This document shows, in pieces, positions 52,660-61,030 of a stretch of DNA of 61,030 nt. Origin of the DNA: a virus (lineage: Duplodnaviria; Caudoviricetes). Where the stretch lies: the IMG/VR virus record IMGVR_UViG_3300025849_000037, positions 1 through 61,030 of that record. One strand, given 5' to 3'. Position 1 is the first letter of the stretch; each line of letters starts with the position of its first letter. The translations under genes were made by a program, and so were the position numbers. The notes beneath the pieces are model-generated. The model was not told the origin of the DNA. It saw only the letters and a program-made list of their open reading frames with translations, and did no database searches.

Positions 52660-55083
52660 TTATTTCATCATTGAATCAAGGAAGCTGTCTTCTTCGTTTT
52701 CAGGTAGCTCACCTCTTTCTCCTTTACGTTGAGAGATTAGCTTAGATTGCTCTGCAGACTGCTTTTTAACGCGAGCGTCTTTACGGTCTTCCTGAGCTTC
52801 TAAAACAGTTTTCTTCATTTCTGCACTTGCTCCCGCTACATCTTTAGCGTTAGCTCCTTTGAGTTTCTCTAGTTCTAATTTGAACTGATATTCCATTTGC
52901 ATGCGTTGCATTTCCAACTGAGCCTTCATTTGCTCTGCCTGCATATCTAGCTGAGCCTGAGCTTGAGCCGTTTGCATATCAGCTTGTGCTTTAGCCTGTG
53001 ATGCCTGAGCTGCTGACTGTCCTTGCATTTGTGCATTCTGTTGAGCTTGCTGCTGTTGGCGCTTAATACGCTTGCCTCTACGTACGATGAGTAGACGCTC
53101 TGCTTGGTCAACATCCTTCAAACGACGGATAGCGATAGCATCTTCTATGTCGATTTCTTTCTGAGCCAAAGCCTGTTGAATGTTTTGCTCTAGGTATACT
53201 TTATCGCCTTCGTCCATTTCTGTGCTTACAGTTACGCCGAAGTTAAACATAGGTAGATTCTCAAACTCTTTAAGAGTGTTCATAGCGTGCTTACCTACTG
53301 CCTTCTTGTACGTGCCGAATAAAACAGACTCCTTTGGTAGAATCTGCAGACATTTAATAACGTCCTCACATACTCTTTTGTATAGAACTAAAGATGCGTG
53401 AGTAATGTCATACAAAGCATTGTTTGCTGATGCTATCTGCTGCTGACGTACACCCACTAAATCGTTAGACTTAGCTGTAGAGCCATCAACGGCCTCGTTA
53501 ACACCTGTGGCATCGCGAATCATACGTAAGTAGTGGTTGTATAAACCAATCAATTCGTTTACGTTACGTATAGTATTGTTTATCTCTCTGATAGGTGGAT
53601 TTGCGAATCCTCCTTCAGGGTTTTTAGAGCGGTAATACATCACACCTGTCTGCTCGTAGATATCTTGGATATCCAACGGAGATAACTCGCCACCTGCGCC
53701 AAGCTGTACATTGTCCAATCCCTCGATATCAATCATAATACCATCAGGCTTTGCCTTAGCGATAGACTGCTGAATCTTTAAGTGTGTAATCTGTAATTGG
53801 TCAGCAAAACCGATAATGCTAGTCACCATAGACTTAGGAGTCATGCGACGTAGATTCGTAGCTACAATAGAGTAAGACAGAGTAGTTCTGCTTAGGTCAT
53901 GTATGTTACGGGGTTGGTTGTGCTTTTTACCGTAGTTAAGTAGTACGTCAGAGCCATCTATATACATTCCACCGTATAGACACATGTTTTTCATATGTAC
54001 AGGGTTTCTATCATATACAGACTGAGTAGGCATTTTGTACTCTTCACCTTTGAAGTAGAAGCCCATGTTTCCATACTTGGACATCTTCTCTTCGTATATC
54101 ATTTCGTCTAGACCGATATACTCAAAGTCTAATACGTTTACTGTGTATTCGTCATATCCGTAAGACTGACGACCTGTGCGTTGGTCATAGTAATTTCTAG
54201 CTACCTTAGAGCTGTCGTTACCGAACTTATTCTTTACTCCTTGTCCTATTTTTTCCCACTGCTCTTCAGACACGCTGTTACCTGCGATTCTTTTGAGCTC
54301 CATGATTGTCATAATGCGAATCTCACCTGCGTATACCAAGTCCTTTAAGAACGGGTCTTCAGAGTAAGAGTGAATTAAGTGACTAGGGTCAACATAACGC
54401 TCAGTAATACCATGGTTAGGGTCGTTCTCACGTTTAACCGCAGCCATACCACAGACTACTAAATCCTCTACAGCTCTACGGAACGTACTATCATTAAAGT
54501 CATTCCACTCTAGGGTTAAGTTACATGCAACCTGAGCAGCGATTTCTGCAGCAATCTTGATGTTTGTGTCCATGAATATCTCTGCCTCTTCCTGTGTGTC
54601 AGGTAGGTTGTCGATATCATCAGTAACTTGAGCTCCAAGGTCGCGCATCTCTGTCAAAAACTCTTTGTTCTCGATAGCAGCTTTTACACGAGCTTTTTTG
54701 TTCTCCTTCTCACCGCGTGAGATAGGGTCAATAGCCTCTAAGTTAGGATATGGTTTTTGAGATAGTATTTTGTTTACTACAATCTTTACGAATTTAGGAA
54801 CAATAGGTACAGGAGTCCAATCTAGGTTAAGTAGCGTTCCGCCACCACCGACACCGTCAAGACTGTTAAGTATTTGCTTGTATATTTGAGTAGACTGAGT
54901 TCCTTGAGCGTAATCTCTAGCTCTTTCAAACTCCTTCATTCTTTTCTGATACAAAGATGATGTTGACTCTGTGCCTCCCCATTGACCGAGGATAGCTTTT
55001 GCGTAAGCCTTACCGTACCCTTGAGATAACTTCTCAGTGGATTTAGCAGTAGGGTCAGGGAAATTTCCGTAATTCTTCTTCAT
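52660..55083 (-). CDS. Portal protein (807 aa)
   Basis: Directly after TerL; LDWTPVPIVPKFV and IRDATGVNEA.DG motifs; Q-rich coiled-coil C-terminus. Confidence 0.88.
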   Translation of the reverse strand: MKKNYGNFPDPTAKSTEKLSQGYGKAYAKAILGQWGGTESTSSLYQKRMKEFERARDYAQGTQSTQIYKQILNSLDGVGGGGTLLNLDWTPVPIVPKFVKIVVNKILSQKPYPNLEAIDPISRGEKENKKARVKAAIENKEFLTEMRDLGAQVTDDIDNLPDTQEEAEIFMDTNIKIAAEIAAQVACNLTLEWNDFNDSTFRRAVEDLVVCGMAAVKRENDPNHGITERYVDPSHLIHSYSEDPFLKDLVYAGEIRIMTIMELKRIAGNSVSEEQWEKIGQGVKNKFGNDSSKVARNYYDQRTGRQSYGYDEYTVNVLDFEYIGLDEMIYEEKMSKYGNMGFYFKGEEYKMPTQSVYDRNPVHMKNMCLYGGMYIDGSDVLLNYGKKHNQPRNIHDLSRTTLSYSIVATNLRRMTPKSMVTSIIGFADQLQITHLKIQQSIAKAKPDGIMIDIEGLDNVQLGAGGELSPLDIQDIYEQTGVMYYRSKNPEGGFANPPIREINNTIRNVNELIGLYNHYLRMIRDATGVNEAVDGSTAKSNDLVGVRQQQIASANNALYDITHASLVLYKRVCEDVIKCLQILPKESVLFGTYKKAVGKHAMNTLKEFENLPMFNFGVTVSTEMDEGDKVYLEQNIQQALAQKEIDIEDAIAIRRLKDVDQAERLLIVRRGKRIKRQQQQAQQNAQMQGQSAAQASQAKAQADMQTAQAQAQLDMQAEQMKAQLEMQRMQMEYQFKLELEKLKGANAKDVAGASAEMKKTVLEAQEDRKDARVKKQSAEQSKLISQRKGERGELPENEEDSFLDSMMK

Positions 55084-55116
55084 CGTAGTGCGTTTCGCTC
55101 TTGATTAACTATTGTG

Positions 55117-55124
55117 CAAAGATA
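55117..55124 (-). promoter_or_regulatory. TAnnTTTG -7 promoter element
   Basis: TATCTTTG upstream of the portal gene. Confidence 0.7.
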
Positions 55125-55135
55125 AGAAAAAATCC

Positions 55136-57259
55136 CTAAGCGTTCGGGTTGTACCGTCTGAAGAATGTCTTGTTAGTGAAGTCCGCTTGTTTCTGTACCT
55201 TCGGCTTAATTTGAGCAGCTAGTAAACAGAGTCCGCTTGATATAGTTAAATCATACTTGGTACGATTGTCTATACGAAAGCCTATCCAATCTTCTAGCGT
55301 ATCCTGTAGATACATTCTACCCATCTGTCCTGTGTCTATGTTCTCTCCTACGTAGTTATGTATATAAGACTCTATAGCCATGGCATGCGCCTGTATAACC
55401 TCTGCTGAGGTAGACGGTATACCTTTAGTCTTAGACTTGGATGCTCCGCCACCTAAATGTGCAGGGCGGTCAAGCAGATACTCTAAATACCCACGCTCCT
55501 CAAAATAACGAGCTATACCGTATTTGTTGTTCTCGATTAGGATTGGGTATCCAAAGTATACTGCCGCCATTAATACATCTTCATAGAATATCTTAGCCAT
55601 GGGTGGACGTGAACAATACTCTGCTACGAATACGTTGCTAATACCATTCATGTTAAACTTGTTATAGAAGTGACAAGCCCCCTTCGAGCCTCTACCATCT
55701 GTGGTAGCGTCAAGGTCATAGCTATCGACTCCCCCTACACCTAGGTTTCCGTGGGGCGCTTGATAGTGTCCGTTTCTGTGCTTAGACCTAACGTTACGAT
55801 TATCCTGCTTCGGCTGCCATGATAGAGTCCATCTACCTTCGGGTGACGGTTCAAACACAACCTCTGAGTCCATGTCCCCGTTTTTCCAATGGAAGTTACC
55901 CTTTACTACAGGGCTAGGGTACATCATATCGTTATATTCTTTCTGCTCGTATATCTTACCTAGATTGAACAGACTACTTTCTACCGAGTCACGAAATGCT
56001 TCCTGTGTAGAGAATGGGAACTGACGAGTAACCTCGTTCAATTCGTTTGCATCATTCTTGAGTGCTTTCCTTTCGTTGTTGAGGTAAGTCCTTGCGCCAT
56101 AGTCGATTAGCTCACCGTCGGAAGTTTCAGCAACTGTTTCAGGGTCGTCAATAATGGGGTTTCCGAACTTGTCGAAGAATCCTTCAAGCGCTTCGTAAGC
56201 GGGGATGAATATACGGTAGAGCATAGACCGTGTACGGCCATTTGCATTTCTTTGCGACGGGTCTGAGTCATTCCAAAGGTCTTTATATTGAGAGCCACCT
56301 TTAGCCATAGGGTTTACCGTAGAGCCTACCAAAGCAGTACCTACAATCTTACGACCTACAATTAAACAGGTTCTGTTAATACGCCATGCTTCACGGATGT
56401 CCGCAGGCTTTTCCCACTTACCCGCCTCATCGAGAAACAGGTAGTATAGGCGCTCACCATCATAGGCGTTGTTCACTGTGTTTTTCCAATTTATTACGGT
56501 ATTCAGTGCTTCACCGACTTGAGCTGTCTTATTGTTTTTAGTAATCTTTTTCGCAGGCTCACGGAAAGCAAGCTCAACACGAGGGTTAGTAGAACCATCT
56601 TGAATAGGTTTAAAGAAGAACGGGAAGTGTCTATACATAGATACCACCTTTTTCATAAAGACGTTGTCACGTGCATCAGAACCTGTCTTAGACATAATGC
56701 CTAGAACCTTATCTTTTACAAGAGTGCCCTCCGCTAACAGAGTAGCTACCGCCATGTTTGTATATCCTGAACGTCTACACTTGGTAAACAACTGACCTAC
56801 ACAACGTGGGTCAACTTTACAGGCTTCTGCGTGAATAAATAGTTTGCGTTGAAATGCGAGGTAGTCCCCGTAGAATGAACCATCAATCTTCACCCACTGA
56901 AGCATGAAGTAATGTGTTCCTGTTATATAAGTTTTTTGACCATCAATGTAAAGCCAAACCCCTTCAGACCTACGCTTAAACTCTTGCTCGATATATGAAC
57001 GATAGGTCTTTCGAAAGTTACTCGGCTGTTCCGCCCACTCATCCATAGAACGTATCCCCTTGAGCGCTTCAGGCAGGGCTTGACGTTTCCAATACTGCTC
57101 ACTCCTATCATCAGAGGAAAACAACGTCGCATCCTCAGAGGGTTCAACAGGAAGTTGTATAAACAAACCCTCCAATTCGATGATTTCACCCATCGTATCG
57201 TTAGGGCATATGTTGATAACATGCTCCTCATATCCTTCTATTCTTTTTAGGCCTGCCAT
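55136..57259 (-). CDS. terL: Terminase large subunit
   Basis: KCRRSGYT Walker A, LFLDEAGK Walker B, GST coupling motif, GVDSYD nuclease motif, YD..ISSGL. Confidence 0.92.
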   Translation of the reverse strand: MAGLKRIEGYEEHVINICPNDTMGEIIELEGLFIQLPVEPSEDATLFSSDDRSEQYWKRQALPEALKGIRSMDEWAEQPSNFRKTYRSYIEQEFKRRSEGVWLYIDGQKTYITGTHYFMLQWVKIDGSFYGDYLAFQRKLFIHAEACKVDPRCVGQLFTKCRRSGYTNMAVATLLAEGTLVKDKVLGIMSKTGSDARDNVFMKKVVSMYRHFPFFFKPIQDGSTNPRVELAFREPAKKITKNNKTAQVGEALNTVINWKNTVNNAYDGERLYYLFLDEAGKWEKPADIREAWRINRTCLIVGRKIVGTALVGSTVNPMAKGGSQYKDLWNDSDPSQRNANGRTRSMLYRIFIPAYEALEGFFDKFGNPIIDDPETVAETSDGELIDYGARTYLNNERKALKNDANELNEVTRQFPFSTQEAFRDSVESSLFNLGKIYEQKEYNDMMYPSPVVKGNFHWKNGDMDSEVVFEPSPEGRWTLSWQPKQDNRNVRSKHRNGHYQAPHGNLGVGGVDSYDLDATTDGRGSKGACHFYNKFNMNGISNVFVAEYCSRPPMAKIFYEDVLMAAVYFGYPILIENNKYGIARYFEERGYLEYLLDRPAHLGGGASKSKTKGIPSTSAEVIQAHAMAIESYIHNYVGENIDTGQMGRMYLQDTLEDWIGFRIDNRTKYDLTISSGLCLLAAQIKPKVQKQADFTNKTFFRRYNPNA

Positions 57260-57276
57260 ACTTAGTGTACAACGTA

Positions 57277-57284
57277 CAAATATA
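57277..57284 (-). promoter_or_regulatory. TAnnTTTG -7 promoter element
   Basis: TATATTTG upstream of terL. Confidence 0.7.
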
Positions 57285-57319
57285 CGTTTAATATATTAAT
57301 TAAATGTTTAAACAAAAAA

Positions 57320-57607
57320 CTACTTACTGAATCTTTCAGCGAATCCACCACCAAAGTCTTTTTCTTCGTCTATAGTGCCTGTTTCTCTTGCGTTCTTTAT
57401 CATTTGTTCTATATCCTGCCTAACCACTAACAGCTCCTTAGCGTCCATTGCTGTCTGCTTTATTGATGCTAGTTCGGCTTTACGAGCAGAGCCCGTGACC
57501 TCTTGGTCAACAGGCTTCTCGATTTCTTCTATCATATTGCTGATTGCCTTCTCGGTAGCCCTTAGTAGGTTTTCCGCTGCAGTCAACGTAAAATTAGTAT
57601 CAGACAT
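57320..57607 (-). CDS. Putative terminase small subunit (ATG 57607)
   Basis: Small helical protein directly upstream of terL, ending GGFAERFSK. Confidence 0.55.
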   Translation of the reverse strand: MSDTNFTLTAAENLLRATEKAISNMIEEIEKPVDQEVTGSARKAELASIKQTAMDAKELLVVRQDIEQMIKNARETGTIDEEKDFGGGFAERFSK

Positions 57608-58187
57608 AAGCTGCAAATATATAAGCAGGTTTCATACGGAATACTTGAGAACCATCGGGCAGAGTTATTCTGTAGTCGGCATTCTTACCGTACATTACAA
57701 CATCTCCAACCTCTAGTCCTAACTCCTCTGTACCTGCACTAGGGTATAATACGGCTGCCTCTTGCTTAGCCTCAACTAGCTCAGTCCCTAAGAACAAGCC
57801 ACCTTCGCTAACAATGTCAACCTCTTTATCTTCTGTAGCTTCTAAAATAACCCAATCACCTAGAACGGTAACAGAGTCATCCTCGTGTATAACCATGTAA
57901 GCCTGACCGTTAATCTCGGTAGGATGCCAAGCCACTAAGTAGTGGTCTTCTCCAATTCCGTATTTCTCGGGTTGTTGGTTCACGTGGTGATGGAAGACTA
58001 AAGTATCCCCAACCTTAACTGACTCGGGTAAATCAGCTTTGGCGGGAATCGCTTTAATCGTACCATAAGATACACGCCCCTTGAAGTCATCCCAACGGGT
58101 GTCTTTTATAAGTTCAATCCCTGCTACCTCAACGGTATCTCCGAACAACTTAGGGACGTGCACTATGAAATCGTATAATGGTCTCAT
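57600..58187 (-). CDS. Tandem GroES-like co-chaperonin
   Basis: Two GroES-like units: MRPLYDFIV..GIEL..VKVGDTLVF and VLGDWVIL..SEGGLFL..LEVGDVVMY. Confidence 0.75.
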   Translation of the reverse strand: MRPLYDFIVHVPKLFGDTVEVAGIELIKDTRWDDFKGRVSYGTIKAIPAKADLPESVKVGDTLVFHHHVNQQPEKYGIGEDHYLVAWHPTEINGQAYMVIHEDDSVTVLGDWVILEATEDKEVDIVSEGGLFLGTELVEAKQEAAVLYPSAGTEELGLEVGDVVMYGKNADYRITLPDGSQVFRMKPAYIFAAYV

Positions 58188-58429
58188 TATCCTAGGTCTA
58201 TATCGTATTCAACAATAACAGGCATATTTTCAATAGCCTTCCATAGGATTACTCCATCTTCGTTCTCTACATATATAAGGTAACGTGAGCGTCCGTAGAG
58301 CTGCTCTGCGCGACCATCTACTGCAATAGCATGGATAGTTCCGCCACCGTATACTGATTGTCCTACAACAAAGGCGAACCCATTCTTTGGGTCACGTCCT
58401 GATATGATTTTTCTAATTGGCTGCTCCAT
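58187..58429 (-). CDS. Conserved hypothetical protein (80 aa)
   Basis: IRKI..G...VGQSVYGG..YLIY..WK..MPV.VEY; coupled to neighbours. Confidence 0.75.
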   Translation of the reverse strand: MEQPIRKIISGRDPKNGFAFVVGQSVYGGGTIHAIAVDGRAEQLYGRSRYLIYVENEDGVILWKAIENMPVIVEYDIDLG

Positions 58430-58766
58430 CGTCTTCTGTGTTTTTGTTGATGAAGTTCATCCAATCCTCTGAAGTCCAATCCTCCGTGTCACGCAGGTCG
58501 GTAGGTAGAGACGGTGAGTCCATCTGTTGGTAGTACTGTACAGCGATAGAAAGAACCTCATCGAGTTCCTCTTCGTCTGCTACTACATAATCTAATACTG
58601 TTTTAAGTTTTGCTTCGCTATCTTCCCCTTCAGTGTAGATACCACCGATGAAACAGGAGACCCATTGATTTTCGAGCTCGTACTTCTGTACAAGGGCTTT
58701 GATGCCCTCTAGCTTTTCAGCTACCTCGTCGAAAAACTCTTGCGGAGCTTCTTGATAATTGCTCAT
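58413..58766 (-). CDS. Acidic hypothetical protein (117 aa)
   Basis: First gene after TATATTTG (58810-58817). Confidence 0.7.
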   Translation of the reverse strand: MSNYQEAPQEFFDEVAEKLEGIKALVQKYELENQWVSCFIGGIYTEGEDSEAKLKTVLDYVVADEEELDEVLSIAVQYYQQMDSPSLPTDLRDTEDWTSEDWMNFINKNTEDDGAAN

Positions 58767-58826
58767 TATTTCTGTATATTTAATTTATATTGGGTTTATA
58801 CCCATAGTACAAATATACAAAATTAA

Positions 58827-59255
58827 ATGCCGAAGAGCAAGCTACATAAGAAGAAGCTAAACCGTGAGTTTCTACCATTACAGGACAAGTATGTAAAGCG
58901 TAACTACTTGAAGTATTACAACCTGTCTATCAGGGATATGGTAAAGTACACAGACTTATCTAGAGCTGAATTGGAGTTCTTGATGTTTGCTTATGACCTA
59001 GAGTTTTTTGAGATTACTTGGATAGCAGAAGCGTACGGACAGAGTCGTAAGAAGCTATACGAGCGTATCGTGCTTCCTCTTAAGAAGAAAGGCTACCTTC
59101 AGGAATATCTCGGTGTAGGCAAGAACAGTGAGGACGTTGATGTACATTTCAACATAAGGCGTAACGCTCAGAAACTGTCCGTAAGTCATAAAGGTCGCCA
59201 TAATGTTCAGCGTACCTATCGTAAGATAGAGGGAGAAGAGGAGATTAGGTATTAA
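58827..59255 (+). CDS. Winged-helix-like putative regulator (142 aa)
   Basis: LSRAELEFL..L.KKGYL..LSVSHKGR MarR-like pattern; divergent from the late operon. Confidence 0.6.
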   Translation: MPKSKLHKKKLNREFLPLQDKYVKRNYLKYYNLSIRDMVKYTDLSRAELEFLMFAYDLEFFEITWIAEAYGQSRKKLYERIVLPLKKKGYLQEYLGVGKNSEDVDVHFNIRRNAQKLSVSHKGRHNVQRTYRKIEGEEEIRY

Positions 59256-59479
59256 GAGAAATACTTGTTGAACTTCCTTATTGCCCAATTTCTGTGCCTT
59301 TGCTGAGGGTAGTTTGCCACTTTCCTTAAGTCCCTTGCTAGTTCCCTCTTTGGTGGTGGTATGAATAAAATATACTCCAAGCAGAACAAACAAAACCGTA
59401 GTTTTGATGCGAAGACGTGCTGCATTAAGATTTGTTTCCAAATTCTTAAGCCATTTCCATTGAGAAACCGTGCTTTCAT
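59252..59479 (-). CDS. Hypothetical basic protein (75 aa)
   Basis: ATG downstream of TACCTTTG (59501-59508). Confidence 0.45.
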   Translation of the reverse strand: MKARFLNGNGLRIWKQILMQHVFASKLRFCLFCLEYILFIPPPKRELARDLRKVANYPQQRHRNWAIRKFNKYFS

Positions 59480-59521
59480 ACCCGAGTAATAATATAATCA
59501 CAAAGGTAGCAATTATTTTAT

Positions 59522-59773
59522 TTAGCTTGTGAACCATCTCTGCAGCATTAATACAGGGTAAGCAGGGTAATAAGTAACAGCCATCACAGCTAGCCTCCAT
59601 CCTGCCGACTTGTTGTCAAACACTTTAGCGTCTTTCGCCTGTTCCTTTGTAAGGTTGAAGCTTTCGATTTCCTCTTCCGTTAGTTCTCGGAAGCAATCGT
59701 TTGCTATTGTCTTCGCTGTATAATTGTATAAGGCCGCTGCCCCAAATGGTATCGCTAGTATCGTATATATCAT
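59522..59773 (-). CDS. Membrane-associated hypothetical protein (83 aa)
   Basis: Hydrophobic ends; promoter-like TATATTAG just upstream. Confidence 0.6.
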   Translation of the reverse strand: MIYTILAIPFGAAALYNYTAKTIANDCFRELTEEEIESFNLTKEQAKDAKVFDNKSAGWRLAVMAVTYYPAYPVLMLQRWFTS

Positions 59774-59904
59774 ACTCTAATATACAGAAAAACCCCTGCT
59801 CACACAAGGGTTCTTCGTAGATACTTATCACCTCCTTTCCTTTAAACGCGTTAGCGTTCCGAAATTTTACAATTCCGAACTATAGTAAAGATAAGGTATA
59901 TGTA

Positions 59905-60066
59905 TTAAAAGCTATCCACAAAGGCTGATACTACAGACAGAGCTACTGCTGCAAACACCCCAAAGAATAACGCTGTAGGCAGGTTAGCGCTAACTAGTCC
60001 TGCTGTTACGGCTGAACAGGCGATGCCTTGACCGTACTTTCCTAAAAACTTTTTCATATATTCCAT
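59905..60066 (-). CDS. Small 2-TM protein (53 aa; ATG 60066)
   Basis: MEYMKKFLGKYGQGIACSAV...; promoter-like TATCTTTA 4 nt upstream. Confidence 0.6.
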   Translation of the reverse strand: MEYMKKFLGKYGQGIACSAVTAGLVSANLPTALFFGVFAAVALSVVSAFVDSF

Positions 60067-60176
60067 GGTGTAAAGATACAAAAAAAAAGAACCCATCACG
60101 ACGGGGGAAGTAATGGGCTCTAACATCGGCGGCATTAGTCAAGGTAGCGAATTTCTGCCCGCGCTGATGTATACTG

Positions 60177-60383
60177 TTATAATAATCTCTCTAGTATAAG
60201 GATAAGACCCTCAACAGCAGCTATAAGCATAACGATATACTTAGAGTAGTCCGCGCTCTTCGCCTTATCCCCTTTTTTATAACCCTGAAGCTCTGCTTCC
60301 GATTTTATCAAAGCGGTTTCAAGCTCTAGGATGCGCTTACCATTTAGTAGCTCCTCTATCTTTTTATCTTCCTTCTTACCCAT
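60177..60383 (-). CDS. Coiled-coil plus C-terminal TM protein (68 aa)
   Basis: TATCTTTG (60388-60395) 4 nt before the ATG. Confidence 0.65.
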   Translation of the reverse strand: MGKKEDKKIEELLNGKRILELETALIKSEAELQGYKKGDKAKSADYSKYIVMLIAAVEGLILILERLL

Positions 60384-60861
60384 GGTACAAAGATAAGCAA
60401 TTAATACGAGTATACACGGGCCTCATAGAGGAAACCTATCACCCTAATAGATAAATACAATGAAGATAATTAGTAAAACAGCCTTCTATTTAAAAAATAT
60501 ACCGTACCTTTGCCTCAGTATCACATTCGAGAGTGTGAATCACTTGTCTTTCTCACTCTTGTCTTCTTGTGTTGTATCTCATACAAACACACTAATCTTC
60601 ACAAATGTTTAGGGCTAGTTATATTCGTGCACGCACTTGCGTAATCACCTCGTTGATAACAGCCTCTAATAGCACCTTATAAGAAGTGCTTTCTAACGTC
60701 CTATCGGACTGTCCCCCTTATCTACATATTACCATCTCTAGAAAGACGCTCTAACGCGCTCTCATGACACGTCACCCGTCTATTGCAAAATGGAAAAAAG
60801 GTATCGTACCTCTAATAGTGTCTTTTTAAAAAAGTTGTGAGAAATAAATATGGTGGGGATT

Positions 60862-61030
60862 ATATATATACACACACGCTACGGAATCGAAACGGAAACG
60901 GAATCCGAACCCCCCTCCCCACGACTGCTGATGATTGGGTCAAATACTTTTGGCTTTTTGGGTCTATGGTCGCAGACTCGCAGCCCCTCATTTAGTCACC
61001 CTTGAATTGAGACGTAGTAAAGACGGGGAC
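60862..61030. repeat. Right copy of 169-bp direct terminal repeat
   Basis: Matches 1-169 with 5 substitutions. Confidence 0.95.

Noticed and set aside
19144-57716. Numerous short opposite-strand ORFs within structural genes
   Set aside because: They are antisense shadows of long, motif-supported genes with Ser/Leu-rich biased composition and no independent signals.
1-61030. Stop-codon reassignment or a temperate lifestyle
   Set aside because: Long genes are intact in the standard code with TAA, TAG and TGA all used as stops; no integrase, repressor switch or partition genes were recognised.

Overview
This window looks like an essentially complete ~61 kb lytic dsDNA phage genome. It is bounded by a 169-bp imperfect direct terminal repeat (1-169 and 60862-61030). 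The host is very likely Bacteroidota (Flavobacteriia-like), judged from the many TAnnTTTG promoter elements. The + strand (about 850-18570) carries early and replication genes: a MoxR-type AAA ATPase with a vWA-like partner, ERF, a RecE-like nuclease, SSB, a sigma-like factor, a DUF5664 dNTP pyrophosphohydrolase, a primase-helicase, nucleases and a phosphoesterase. The - strand (18655-58766) carries a crAss-like podovirus morphogenesis module: TerL, portal, tail fibres, scaffold, major capsid protein, ring/tube proteins, a tail stabilisation protein, ejection proteins including a 2833-aa HExxH protein, and a holin. An inverted amidase cassette sits at 39137-40155. I recognised no DNA polymerase, RNA polymerase, integrase, methyltransferase, CRISPR array or canonical tRNA. 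The most unusual signal is non-coding. The early transcript begins with a ~540-nt nested-helix RNA candidate. It is then punctuated by at least seven tRNA-shaped elements with covarying stems (an acceptor-like stem stacked on a T-like stem, about 12 bp in total), four of which are followed by a conserved AACCAC-loop hairpin just before a start codon. The genome also shows strong motif avoidance, part of it restricted to the left third. All protein calls come from motif recognition by eye; no database searches were run.
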